Below are positions 43,992 to 54,222 of a stretch of 64,000 nt of DNA, in pieces. Below the pieces are notes generated by a model. The model did no database searches. It saw only the letters and a program-made list of their open reading frames with translations, and had not been told where the DNA came from. This DNA is from a virus, in the IMG/VR virus record IMGVR_UViG_3300032316_000329, positions 1-64,000 of that record; one strand, written 5' to 3'. The translations under genes and the position numbers were made by a program. Each line of letters opens with the position of its first letter. Positions within the stretch are counted from its first letter, which is position 1.

Positions 43992-44579
43992 TTATTTAAA
44001 ATCTTCTCTGTCCCAATACTTATATGTGAATGTTACTTGTAATCTTAAAATGTCGTTATCGGCCCAAGTGACTTGTTGTGGCACGACAAGAATAGGATAG
44101 GCCTTTCTTAAAGTCCAACCGTAAATAACATCACCTGAAGTTACTGCACCTTGTGTCTGTGAATTTTTAGAACTATAATTAGCCAACTGATAAATTTTTA
44201 CAGTGCTATAATAGTTAGCAGCATATTCAAAATTAAAACTTGTTGGTGGATTAATAATATCCATCCAATCATCAAAGAATTTTCTTTCTACACTCCGTTG
44301 ACGACAGATAAAAGAAAAGTTTGCCTGTTGATACATTGAGTTATTAGGAAATACCTGCGAAGGACCGTAGTATCTAACCTCTGTTACATCAAATCCTCTA
44401 CCAGGAAACTCTACAGAATCACAAACATAAATTAAATCATTTGCTGGTAAGTTTCTACTAACCGGACTAAACTGAACGGCAAAACGACAACTCTGAGCCA
44501 CATTCCCTAGTTCATTTAACCTGGAAATAAAATGGTTTAAATTTAAATTACTGGGTGAATTAATCTGTTTAATAGCCAT
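43992..44579 (-). CDS. gp54: Tail tube initiator (gp54-like, tube fold)
   Basis: CDSVEFPG, FFDDWMD.I, L..AYP, LQVTFTYKYW. Confidence 0.7.
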   Translation of the reverse strand: MAIKQINSPSNLNLNHFISRLNELGNVAQSCRFAVQFSPVSRNLPANDLIYVCDSVEFPGRGFDVTEVRYYGPSQVFPNNSMYQQANFSFICRQRSVERKFFDDWMDIINPPTSFNFEYAANYYSTVKIYQLANYSSKNSQTQGAVTSGDVIYGWTLRKAYPILVVPQQVTWADNDILRLQVTFTYKYWDREDFK

Positions 44580-44582
44580 TTA

Positions 44583-45353
44583 TTAGTATCCGTTTCGAAC
44601 AATATTTTCTTTGCCAATAATTCTCATTTCTTTAAGAATAAATGTTAGCATGGCAGAAACAGGATGTCCGTTAGAGAAGGTACTGAATTGTCCTTGTGGT
44701 GCATAATTTACATCAATAGATTCTATAACACCTCTAGCAATCTTAGGTATTGCGTCATTTATTCTTGCTTGACCGTTAGTAATGTTGTAAAAATCTATTT
44801 TAAATTCCGAAGGTGATTTCAGAAAGTTTCCGGTTGTTAAATAATTTATCTGATTTCCGATACCTATGTAACTTTGATTTGGATCATTTGAACCGATAAT
44901 TTCTGGCTCGGCATGATACCTTAATAGTTTAATAATCTGCTGCATATCTAATGATTCTTCATATGAAGAAGGAGCAAACAAAAATGTAAATTGAAATGTT
45001 CTCAATTGAACGTTTCTGAAAAGTATTTCAACTTTTGGATTAATAGAACGACCAGCCATTTGCATACCGGTGTTAATAGCAGATGTAATACCTCCGATGC
45101 CAAGAGTGCCTGCAATTGCTTTAGTCATTAAAACTTCAGCATAATCATACTTTTGTTCCCATACAAGAGGACTATTTTGGCCGCCGCCAGGAATGAATAA
45201 TGTTATAACACTACTAACAGATGTGTCGCCGGATTCATAACATTTGATATTCATCCAATGGCCTTGACCTTGTGATTCATCTTGTAAATCACTTGGAAAA
45301 ACTAATCTCGTCAAACCTTCTTGAAATGTGGATAAATTACCCGGTAATGCCAT
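44583..45353 (-). CDS. gp48: Baseplate tail tube cap (gp48-like)
   Basis: INPKVEILF..LRTFQFTFLFAP, PSEF.I, I.VNYAP, L.E. Confidence 0.8.
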   Translation of the reverse strand: MALPGNLSTFQEGLTRLVFPSDLQDESQGQGHWMNIKCYESGDTSVSSVITLFIPGGGQNSPLVWEQKYDYAEVLMTKAIAGTLGIGGITSAINTGMQMAGRSINPKVEILFRNVQLRTFQFTFLFAPSSYEESLDMQQIIKLLRYHAEPEIIGSNDPNQSYIGIGNQINYLTTGNFLKSPSEFKIDFYNITNGQARINDAIPKIARGVIESIDVNYAPQGQFSTFSNGHPVSAMLTFILKEMRIIGKENIVRNGY

Positions 45354-45398
45354 TTATTCCTCCGGCGATGCTACATACTATTTAGTGAGGTTTTATAA

Positions 45399-45851
45399 AT
45401 GGCGAATTATAAACAAGGTTTCTTTAAACCAAAAAATCCTAAAAAATATATTGGTGATCCTACAAACATTGTTTACCGTTCAGGATGGGAAAAGAGAGTT
45501 ATGGACTCCTTGGACGATAACATTAATGTTGTCCGTTGGGCATCGGAAGAGATTGCTATTCCTTATGTTTCGCCCATTGACAATAGAGTCCACCGATACT
45601 TTGTAGACTTCTATGTGGAGGCGGTTGGGAGAGACGGAGAGACGAAGGTAATGCTTTTAGAGGTCAAACCAGCAGCACAGACACAACCGCCTAAATCCGC
45701 TAAAAGGAAGACCAAAAGATTTATAACGGAAGTTATGACATACGGAGTTAATCAGGCGAAATGGGATGCTGCCAGTAAATTCTGTAACCATAAAGGATGG
45801 GAATTTAAACTGATAACGGAACAAGAACTGTTCGGAAAGAAATCTAAATAA
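45399..45851 (+). CDS. gp4: Head completion nuclease (gp4-like)
   Basis: PKNPKKYIGD, YRSGWE, WASEE, HRYFVDF, EVKP, NQAKW. Confidence 0.92.
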   Translation: MANYKQGFFKPKNPKKYIGDPTNIVYRSGWEKRVMDSLDDNINVVRWASEEIAIPYVSPIDNRVHRYFVDFYVEAVGRDGETKVMLLEVKPAAQTQPPKSAKRKTKRFITEVMTYGVNQAKWDAASKFCNHKGWEFKLITEQELFGKKSK

Positions 45852-45855
45852 CTAT

Positions 45856-46365
45856 ATGGCAGAAAAATATACCTCGGACGAATTGGCACAATGGTTGATA
45901 GAAAAGGCTCAAAATGCGTCGTCAGCAGGTGCCAGAAAGTTAATAGCAGCAAACGATCAAAGAGGTCGTGATACTGCTATGGTAGGTCGGTTATACTTTT
46001 TTAAGTATGATCCAAAGTGGAAAACAAAACTGGTAAAGTATGATAAATTTCCTATGGTGTTTCCTATTGAAAGATATGGAAATGGTTTTCTGGGATTAAA
46101 TCTACATTACCTAGGTGCCAGTGAACGGCAGGTCCTTGTTAATAGATTATTGGAGTATAGTAACAACAAATATATGGATGAAAGAACAATGTTGCGATTG
46201 AGTTATGATCTGATTGAATCAACCAAGAAGCTTTATTCTTTGTCTAGACCGTGTATTCATAGATATTTGTTTAACAATTGTAGATCACAGTTTATTGAGA
46301 TATACCCAAATGAGTATGATAAGGCAATTCAACTACCCGTAGAAGATTGGGTATTTAAAAGGTAA
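45856..46365 (+). CDS. gp2: DNA end protector (gp2-like)
   Basis: GRLYFFKYDPK, YDKFP, GLNLHYL, IHRYL, LPVE. Confidence 0.88.
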   Translation: MAEKYTSDELAQWLIEKAQNASSAGARKLIAANDQRGRDTAMVGRLYFFKYDPKWKTKLVKYDKFPMVFPIERYGNGFLGLNLHYLGASERQVLVNRLLEYSNNKYMDERTMLRLSYDLIESTKKLYSLSRPCIHRYLFNNCRSQFIEIYPNEYDKAIQLPVEDWVFKR

Positions 46366-46369
46366 AAAA

Positions 46370-47203
46370 ATGGCTATCATAAATTCAGTATTTTTTGATC
46401 AGTTTCCTAAACTAAAATATGATATCAATCACGGTCAGTATCCTACTTATGATACCGTGACAGATATATTTTTCCGTATTGGTATGATCAAGACCGCATT
46501 AAATAATATTAGTTCTTATTATGTTTATGAAGTTCAAGATGGAGAAACTCCTGATATTCTTGCTGCTAAAATTTATGAGGACTCTAGTGCCGGTTGGATG
46601 ATTATCTATGCTAACGAGATTTTTGATCCACAATGGGATTGGCCATTAGATTATAAAAGTTTTAATAAGTATATCACAAAAAAATATGGATCAATTGAGG
46701 CTTCTAAAACCGGTATTCATCATTATGATAAGGTGATTACAAGAACCGTAGGTGATTATACAACTACAACCAGGTTTGAAATTGACAAAGAGAAAAAAAC
46801 TTTAAACTCAATGGATGTTCCTTATAATTATTTTATACCGTATGCTGAATCATTAGGTAGTGAAGTTGATTCTACTACTATTACCATTGATACAACTTTA
46901 TATACTGTTGATATTGATTTTGATTATAGTTATAGATCAGGATCTATTCCCATTACACAAGATGTCAGGACTTATAATATTGACGGAACTACAGTAACAG
47001 AGGTTATTAAAGGTGAACCTATATCTTTTTATGATTATGAAAATGATTTAAATGAAAAGAAAAGACTAATCAAAGTGATTAAGAAAGATTACTATATTGC
47101 TGTTATGAGAGACTTTTTCACATTCACATATGATGCTGCATCAAGCCAACTCGATCCAGGATCATTTTTAACAGCAACAAATTATCTTCGTAGGTTAAAT
47201 TAA
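46370..47203 (+). CDS. gp53: Baseplate wedge subunit gp53-like
   Basis: FP.LKYD, GETPDILAAKIY, WMI..AN.I.DP..DWPL, YDYENDLNE.KR.IK. Confidence 0.85.
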   Translation: MAIINSVFFDQFPKLKYDINHGQYPTYDTVTDIFFRIGMIKTALNNISSYYVYEVQDGETPDILAAKIYEDSSAGWMIIYANEIFDPQWDWPLDYKSFNKYITKKYGSIEASKTGIHHYDKVITRTVGDYTTTTRFEIDKEKKTLNSMDVPYNYFIPYAESLGSEVDSTTITIDTTLYTVDIDFDYSYRSGSIPITQDVRTYNIDGTTVTEVIKGEPISFYDYENDLNEKKRLIKVIKKDYYIAVMRDFFTFTYDAASSQLDPGSFLTATNYLRRLN

Positions 47204-48435
47204 TGGCTAATAGTCCTATAGATTCCTCTAAACTAAGTAATAAAGATGACAAACTAGTAATTGCTGATGTCAGTATTGGTAATTTTCAGTTTAGAGATAT
47301 GACGGTTAAAGAAATTAATCTTGGCGAAAGTTTATTAACTCCTGCATTACAGACTCTAGTTCGTCTGCAATCTTATGTTTACAGTAATCCAACCAAAATC
47401 TTTGAACAATTTAAAAATCAAAGAATCAATATTAACATGAGAACAAAAGATGGTGCAAAAAATGTCACGATAGGTCAGACGGTTTATAGATTAGATAATA
47501 GAGAAATGATGCCTTTGAATATCGGTCAAACCGAAGAGTTTTCCGTTCATGCTTGTGATCAAACATTGCTGGAAGATGCCAAGCATTTAATGAGCCGTTC
47601 TTTTAAATGTAAAACTCCTAAACAGGTTGTCAGTGAAGCATTGCAATGTTGTATGTCATCTAATAATGATAATTCAGAAGATACGGGGCCGGCCAGAGAT
47701 TATATTGCCGAGAATATTCATCCATTTCAGGTAATAACGCAACAAGCAAATGCTGCTGTTAATGGAAATGATCCTTCATTTACTCATTTTATGAATTATA
47801 ATTTTGGTGGTGGACCGGGTCAGCATAAGTTCAGATCGTTAAAAAGTCTGTCTAGTGCTAGTCCAAAAGCAACCTTTAGACATTATGAAACTGGTGTTAT
47901 GTCCACCGGTAAAGATTATAATAGTGCCAATGAAAATGCGGCAATTGCTTTTAGTTTTCCTTGCGACTTTGATCTATTGACTGATCTACTGAATGGATTA
48001 GATGAAAATGGTAAAGACCTAAACACAGGTGGATTTTTTAATCCTTCTAGCGGCGACTTTTCTAAATTCGGCCAGGATGCTGGTGGTTGTGGCCTTGGTG
48101 GTACCAACTATAAAGTCTCTATGTCTAATAAAGGCACCGCACAACAGCATAATGCTTGTGAGTCTAATGTCGAGCAATACTTACTTAAAAGACAAGGTAG
48201 AATGTCTCTACTAGATAAGGATAAGGTTGCTTTAAGACTGTTAACAAAGTGGCGTCCTGATATCCATGCAGGAGATGTTATTAGATTTGAATGGTGGAAT
48301 AAAAAGACAAATGACCTACTATATGGTTCAGGTGATTATCTTGTTTCATCATTAATTCATAATATTCAATTAGGTGGTTTTTCCACAACAACATTTGATT
48401 GCGTATCAACCACAGTTGGAAGAGGTGTAGTATAA
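47203..48435 (+). CDS. Baseplate hub (gp27-like) protein
   Basis: Position between gp53 and gp5; IHAGDVI..SGDYLVSSLIH. Confidence 0.55.
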   Translation: MANSPIDSSKLSNKDDKLVIADVSIGNFQFRDMTVKEINLGESLLTPALQTLVRLQSYVYSNPTKIFEQFKNQRININMRTKDGAKNVTIGQTVYRLDNREMMPLNIGQTEEFSVHACDQTLLEDAKHLMSRSFKCKTPKQVVSEALQCCMSSNNDNSEDTGPARDYIAENIHPFQVITQQANAAVNGNDPSFTHFMNYNFGGGPGQHKFRSLKSLSSASPKATFRHYETGVMSTGKDYNSANENAAIAFSFPCDFDLLTDLLNGLDENGKDLNTGGFFNPSSGDFSKFGQDAGGCGLGGTNYKVSMSNKGTAQQHNACESNVEQYLLKRQGRMSLLDKDKVALRLLTKWRPDIHAGDVIRFEWWNKKTNDLLYGSGDYLVSSLIHNIQLGGFSTTTFDCVSTTVGRGVV

Positions 48436-48436
48436 A

Positions 48437-50683
48437 ATGGCAGGCGGTTATAATAATTTAGGACCTGGTTCAGGTGGCATTAAAGTTGGTGTAGTTGGTG
48501 GTGGCCACGATGGTGACCCAGCAGAAGATCAATCCAGTAATCAAAAGATTTTAAACCCTCTATTACATGGTTCTGGTGTTAATAAAGACCATTTAATGAT
48601 GTCTGGTCTTAGTTTAAGTCCAAGTCAATTCGGTCAGCAATCGTTCCCAGGTGCTCTGGATCCAGGCACGGTAATTTATTATCTTGCCCAAGAAGGTATG
48701 AATGGTGGTATCATTCTTGGTATGGCCAACATGCTCAAAGACGGCGGGCAAGGTGGTGGTATTGGCGGATCAGCATTAGGCGGCCAAAACCTACAACAAC
48801 TTCGTCAAACCAAACTTAATATTAATACACCACCAAAAGTCCAAGAAACAACGGAACGCGGTGCCAAGGTAAAGAAGGCACAAGAAACAGGCGAACAGCA
48901 TAGTATTAGTTTATTAGATGGACTACCTATTCACGGTGCATTGTTTCAGATGGCAGGATTTAGACTGCCTGAAATGCCAAACATTCCGACTGCTAAACAA
49001 AAAGGCAGTCAGATGATGAATAAAGATATCTTGGAGAAGATGGGCGGCCAATTACAGTCTATGGGTGGAATGTTTCAAGGCCTTATGGGTAAAGGCGGTG
49101 GTAGTGCCAAGTCAAGTAACTTTGGTAACTTTGCTGGTAATAACGGTATAGGTGCTAATAATAAAACCTCAGGTTATATCGATGCCGGTGGTAATACAGT
49201 ATTCTTCAATGCTGATGGTAAATCTCTTAATGTAAAAATGAGTAAAGCAAATACCAGTAATGGTCCTGGCACAGTTGGTTGGGGTAATACTGGCAATAAT
49301 AGAATGGAAGCAATTTATAAGAAAGTTCCTCCTCATATTAAAAAGGCATTAAGAAGTTTAACCATACTCACACAGGGCGCGGTCGGCACCGGCCCGCTAG
49401 AGTTTATTCCAGGTAACATCGTTCATCCAAATACTTATATGAGAAATGCTGAAACTCTATTATCTCAGGTGGAGAACCTTGATGATCTTATGTCTACTTT
49501 ACAGAGATTGGAATATGATACATCTTTATTCGGTCAAGATAAATTAACACCAGTAGAAGTTACAATTGATACAGCATGGGGTGCTGCCAAAAGACAATAC
49601 TACTCAAATGGATTAGTAACGGTCACCTATTCTAAGACAGCACAGAATAACATTAATGCTTTTTCTAATTTAATGTCAAATACCGCATCTGCACCCGGAT
49701 TTACAAGTCTGCCTGCTGGTACAGTTGTAACTAATAGAACAATAACACTTCTAAAAATGGAAGAAACTGGTAATAATGTTAATACAGCAAACCTAAAAAT
49801 AGCAGTTTTTGATAGTCAAAATGCTAATGCCTTTTCTCGTTCAACTATTTCTTTTTATCAGTTGCCAACTATTTCAAGTTATTTCCAGGAAGTAATTATT
49901 CATAAGACAAATGGAAATCCTGATACATTCGTTCCTACAATGGATGAAACGATTACCGCTAATGGTAAGGTTGATAAGTTCGGAACCAAAATCAATTACA
50001 TTGTTGGTTCGGAAAAAATAACTGTTGGTACAACTGTCTTAGACAAAACAAAATACACCGCGATAGACGGTAAGACTTTCACTCTCAAAGAATTGCCAAA
50101 GAGAAATACTAAGATAAACTTTAAGGCAACTAAGAATGATTCGGTAACATATACTCTTAAGAATCCTTATGAACTATTCTCACTTGAAGTTTATTCTGGT
50201 AAAGGTGACATACCGAATTATACCAGATACTCGTTAGGACCAACACCTAAGGGTGCTGGTGACGATATTGTGTTAAATCTAGGTGTTGATTACATTGCCC
50301 CAGATCAAAACACTATTACAATCATTTCCGCTAATACATTCTATAAAAATACCGTATTTACAATCGTTGGCCAAAAGAAGAATGTTATATCAACCAGTGC
50401 CGGCACCGGTACAGGTGGTGGTTCTGGTGGTGGTTCTGGTGGTGGTTCTGGTGGTGGTTCTGGTGGCGGTGGTGGAATGGGTCAGAACATTATGGGCCAA
50501 ATGTTCGGCAAGAGTTCTGGTGTTATGAAAGAACTAATGCAAAGATTACCACAACAAGGTGAGAAAGAAAGTCAAAAGATGACACAAAAATTAAATCAAG
50601 GTATGGACGCACAGAAACTTATGGAAGTTGCAAAGAAAACGATTAATGGCGGCGATCCATTATCAAAAAACCTATTCTCTTAA
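48437..50683 (+). CDS. Baseplate/spike-associated structural protein
   Basis: Gly-rich; PGTVIYY..GGIILG resembles end of gp5 OB fold. Confidence 0.5.
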   Translation: MAGGYNNLGPGSGGIKVGVVGGGHDGDPAEDQSSNQKILNPLLHGSGVNKDHLMMSGLSLSPSQFGQQSFPGALDPGTVIYYLAQEGMNGGIILGMANMLKDGGQGGGIGGSALGGQNLQQLRQTKLNINTPPKVQETTERGAKVKKAQETGEQHSISLLDGLPIHGALFQMAGFRLPEMPNIPTAKQKGSQMMNKDILEKMGGQLQSMGGMFQGLMGKGGGSAKSSNFGNFAGNNGIGANNKTSGYIDAGGNTVFFNADGKSLNVKMSKANTSNGPGTVGWGNTGNNRMEAIYKKVPPHIKKALRSLTILTQGAVGTGPLEFIPGNIVHPNTYMRNAETLLSQVENLDDLMSTLQRLEYDTSLFGQDKLTPVEVTIDTAWGAAKRQYYSNGLVTVTYSKTAQNNINAFSNLMSNTASAPGFTSLPAGTVVTNRTITLLKMEETGNNVNTANLKIAVFDSQNANAFSRSTISFYQLPTISSYFQEVIIHKTNGNPDTFVPTMDETITANGKVDKFGTKINYIVGSEKITVGTTVLDKTKYTAIDGKTFTLKELPKRNTKINFKATKNDSVTYTLKNPYELFSLEVYSGKGDIPNYTRYSLGPTPKGAGDDIVLNLGVDYIAPDQNTITIISANTFYKNTVFTIVGQKKNVISTSAGTGTGGGSGGGSGGGSGGGSGGGGGMGQNIMGQMFGKSSGVMKELMQRLPQQGEKESQKMTQKLNQGMDAQKLMEVAKKTINGGDPLSKNLFS
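50414..50461 (+). repeat. (GGTGGTGGTTCT)x4 coding tandem repeat (GGGS linker)
   Basis: Direct inspection. Confidence 0.9.
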
Positions 50684-50694
50684 GGATGTAAGTT

Positions 50695-51705
50695 ATGGCA
50701 ATAAAGAATAAAAATCCAGGTAAACAAACACCAGATAAACATACGGTTGGAAAAGATTGGAGAGGTGAAGAAGGATCCGGAAAGTATCCTAACCAAATGG
50801 TTTATAAGTCACGATCTGGTCATTCAATGACCTTTGATGACTCACAGGGACATGAAACAGTAACAATTCAGCATCGTACCGGTTCGGCAATTCAGATGCG
50901 ACCGGATGGATCGGTTCATTTAACAGCACACAACTCCATGTATACCGTAGTGTTTGGTGAAAATCGTATGGTTGTTTCTGGTGCCCATGATATTACTGTT
51001 AAAGGTGATGCATCATTAAGAGTATATGGTGATCTAAACGAAACAGTGCATGGTAATTATAATCTAACAGTTATGGGTGATTATAATATGACTGCTAAGA
51101 ACCATAATAGACATATTCGTGGAAACATTGACACACAGGCCAAGAATGAAACCAAGAAACTAGAAGGATCATCAGCAAAACTTTGTCAGGGAGGTGTAGC
51201 TTGTGTTGCTAAAGGTCCTGTTTCTATGATATCTCAAAAAGGTGCAGCGAGTTTTGGTGGTGCTGAAGGTCTGAATCTGGCCGTTACAAAAAAAGGTAAA
51301 TTGACTCTTAGAAATGAAAGTGGTGAAATTACTGCATCTGCTAAACAAGGCGGTATACAAGTCCGTGGAGATGAATCTGTCATAGTTAGTTCATTAAATG
51401 GTAGTATTAATGCTAATGCTAAACAAAATATAGGTCTTAAAGCACAACAATCAGCTAAGTTAGAAGGACAAACTGCCGGACTTGTAGGTCAATCTGCTGC
51501 ACATGTTACAGCTGCTACAGTTCATGTTAAAGGCCAGGCTGCTACAAATGTTGATGGATCAAAAGTTAACCTTGCTGGCGGCTTGGCAATGCCTATGCCT
51601 GCTTTGGAAATAGCACAGGCTATCTTTGAGAGAATTGCTGGTGCCAAGGCAGATATGCCTCAGGAAGAACCTGATTTGACTAATGAAATTACGAAATATG
51701 CCTAG
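50695..51705 (+). CDS. gp5: Baseplate spike (gp5 C-terminal beta-helix)
   Basis: KYPNQMVYKSRSGH..FDDS.G.E...HRTGS; VxG repeats. Confidence 0.8.
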   Translation: MAIKNKNPGKQTPDKHTVGKDWRGEEGSGKYPNQMVYKSRSGHSMTFDDSQGHETVTIQHRTGSAIQMRPDGSVHLTAHNSMYTVVFGENRMVVSGAHDITVKGDASLRVYGDLNETVHGNYNLTVMGDYNMTAKNHNRHIRGNIDTQAKNETKKLEGSSAKLCQGGVACVAKGPVSMISQKGAASFGGAEGLNLAVTKKGKLTLRNESGEITASAKQGGIQVRGDESVIVSSLNGSINANAKQNIGLKAQQSAKLEGQTAGLVGQSAAHVTAATVHVKGQAATNVDGSKVNLAGGLAMPMPALEIAQAIFERIAGAKADMPQEEPDLTNEITKYA

Positions 51706-51738
51706 ACTAAATAAAGGAAGTAATTTACAGGATCTAAA

Positions 51739-52143
51739 ATGGCAGACCCATACGTTAATCGTCAACCAGATTATAAAGACCTTGATCTAGATTTCTTCAA
51801 GCATCCAACAACTAAAGATGTTGTTAAGAAAGTTGGCGCCGATGCCATCAAAAGGTCGGTTCGTAATCTTGTTATGACTAACTTTTATGAAAGACCTTTT
51901 AATCCTATGTTGGGTTCTAATGTCCGAGGTTTATTATTTGAATTAACAACACCACTAACATCAGTCTATATTAAAGATTCTATTATTGATTTATTGGTGA
52001 ACCACGAACCAAGAATTAGATTACAAGATGTCAAAGTAAGAGATGATTCGGAAAATAATGGGTATAATATAACTTTAGAATATATTATTCTGAATAGAGA
52101 ATTGCCAGTTGTTACAACACTATTTTTAGAGAGGATTAGATAA
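51739..52143 (+). CDS. gp25: Baseplate wedge gp25-like
   Basis: YKDLDL.F, AIKRSVRNLV.T..ERPF.P..GS, EPRI. Confidence 0.92.
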   Translation: MADPYVNRQPDYKDLDLDFFKHPTTKDVVKKVGADAIKRSVRNLVMTNFYERPFNPMLGSNVRGLLFELTTPLTSVYIKDSIIDLLVNHEPRIRLQDVKVRDDSENNGYNITLEYIILNRELPVVTTLFLERIR

Positions 52144-52146
52144 TAG

Positions 52147-54222
52147 ATGGCCTCCTCAAATACGGCTCTACAAGTTACAGGAATTGACTTTACCACAATT
52201 AAAAACAACCTAAAAACCTTTCTAAAATCACAGTCTGAATTTACTGATTATGATTTTGATGGTTCAGGTATGTCTGTATTGCTAGACCTATTAGCATATA
52301 ACACATACTACAATGGTTTCTATCTCAATATGGCAGCTAATGAGTCATTCCTTGATACTGCACAGGTCAGAAAGAATATTCTTTCCCTTGCAAAGACAAT
52401 TAATTATGTTCCGATGAGCGCCCAGGGATCTCTCTCAAAAGTTAATATTGTTGTAACACCAGGTGTATTAGACTCAAATACAACCGCAATCACCGTTAAT
52501 AAATATAGCACTCTGCTCGGTCGTGATAAAGATGGAATTAATTATCCTTTTGTTACAATAAATGCCAACACCGCATATCTTGCCAATGGTACATTCGTTC
52601 TACCTAATGTTTTTATTAAACAAGGTGAGGTCATTACACGCCAGTATATTATGACACCAGAAAATACCTCAAGGCGTTTTGAGATTCCGTCAGCAAATGT
52701 TGATGTGACTACTCTTGTTGTCACTGTTCAGGAATCCGCATCTAATACAAAAACGACTGAATATTTTCTTGCAGAAGATTTAACAGAGGTAAAAGCCAAC
52801 TCTAAAGTCTACTTCTTAGAAGAAAATGATAGACTCAATTATACAATTCAGTTTGGTGACAATGTTCTAGGTCAAAAACCTTCTAATGATAGTATTGTTA
52901 TTGCAACCTACCTTGATACGGTTGGTTCTATTGCTAATAATATTTCTCAATTTAATTTTACAGATAGTATTAGAGGAATTTCATCAGGTACTATTATTGT
53001 CAATACAGTTCAGACATCTTATGGTGGTACTGATAAAGAAACCTTGGAACAGATTAGATTCCGTGCGCCATATGCTTATACTGCACAGAATCGCGCCGTA
53101 ACCAAAAACGATTATGAATCACTGGTGGTTAGAGATTATAACAATATTGAGGCCGTTTCTGTTTGGGGTGGTGAAGAAAATGATCCTGTAGTTTATGGCA
53201 AAGTCTTTATGTCAATTAAGACAAAGGGATATTATGCTTTAACACAAATTGAACAGGATCAGATTAAAAATGATCTTATCAAGTCAAGAAATGTTATTAC
53301 TGTTATTCCTGAAATCGTAGAACCGGATTATGTTTATGTTCTACTCAGAGGCCGAATAACCTATAATGTCAATATCTCTACAAAAACAGAAGATCAACTG
53401 TTACAGATCATTAGACAAGCTATTATTAGTTACTCTGAAAATGAATTAAACACCTTTAAGTCAACATTCAGAATGTCACGATTACAGTATTATATTGATA
53501 GTGCCGATCCTTCCATTACAGGATCCGACATTACTGCATTCCTACAAAAGCAAGTTGATATCTTTCCTAACGAAACTCTAAATTATGATATTAAATTTAA
53601 TGCGCCGCTAACAAAAGGTGGATTAAGGGACAAACTATATTCATTCCCTGAAATGACTGTTCTCGATAGTAATGAAATTCAGCGCAAAGTTCTTATAGAA
53701 GAAACTCCACAGTCATTTAGTGGTATTGCTGCAATTGAAATAACCAATGCCGGTTCTGATTATACAGCAACACCAATAGTAACAATTACAGGCGATGGCC
53801 AAGGCGCCACAGCAGTTGCCAAAGTTGTTAATGGTAGAGTTATCGGTGCTGAAATAACCAATAGAGGTTATGAATATACTCAAGCTACAGTTGCTATTAC
53901 TGGCGGCGGTGGTTCTGGTGCTTCTGCCACAGCAACCGTTGATACAAGTTTTGGTAATTTAAGAACTTATTATTATAAAGATTCAGGCGAGAAAGTCATC
54001 GTTAATGGTAACATCGGAATGATTGACTATATAAATGGTAAGATTTACCTTGAGTCATTCTCAGCAATTAATGTTATTCCTAATACAACTTATGCTAACA
54101 ATGTCGTAACAATTAATGCTGTTCCAGAGGATGAAATTATTACACCATTAAGAAACCGTATTCTTACTATCGATCCTAACGACGCCAAGAGCATCATCAT
54201 AGAACTAGTTAAAGAAACATAA
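52147..54222 (+). CDS. gp6: Baseplate wedge gp6-like
   Basis: DFTTIK.NL, FTDYDFDGSG, LAYNT, FGD..LG, QNRAVT..DY, WGGE. Confidence 0.92.
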   Translation: MASSNTALQVTGIDFTTIKNNLKTFLKSQSEFTDYDFDGSGMSVLLDLLAYNTYYNGFYLNMAANESFLDTAQVRKNILSLAKTINYVPMSAQGSLSKVNIVVTPGVLDSNTTAITVNKYSTLLGRDKDGINYPFVTINANTAYLANGTFVLPNVFIKQGEVITRQYIMTPENTSRRFEIPSANVDVTTLVVTVQESASNTKTTEYFLAEDLTEVKANSKVYFLEENDRLNYTIQFGDNVLGQKPSNDSIVIATYLDTVGSIANNISQFNFTDSIRGISSGTIIVNTVQTSYGGTDKETLEQIRFRAPYAYTAQNRAVTKNDYESLVVRDYNNIEAVSVWGGEENDPVVYGKVFMSIKTKGYYALTQIEQDQIKNDLIKSRNVITVIPEIVEPDYVYVLLRGRITYNVNISTKTEDQLLQIIRQAIISYSENELNTFKSTFRMSRLQYYIDSADPSITGSDITAFLQKQVDIFPNETLNYDIKFNAPLTKGGLRDKLYSFPEMTVLDSNEIQRKVLIEETPQSFSGIAAIEITNAGSDYTATPIVTITGDGQGATAVAKVVNGRVIGAEITNRGYEYTQATVAITGGGGSGASATATVDTSFGNLRTYYYKDSGEKVIVNGNIGMIDYINGKIYLESFSAINVIPNTTYANNVVTINAVPEDEIITPLRNRILTIDPNDAKSIIIELVKET

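Noticed and set aside
49375-49400. GC-rich patch within ORF 48437
   Set aside because: Explained by GAVGTGP codons; no convincing stem or repeat
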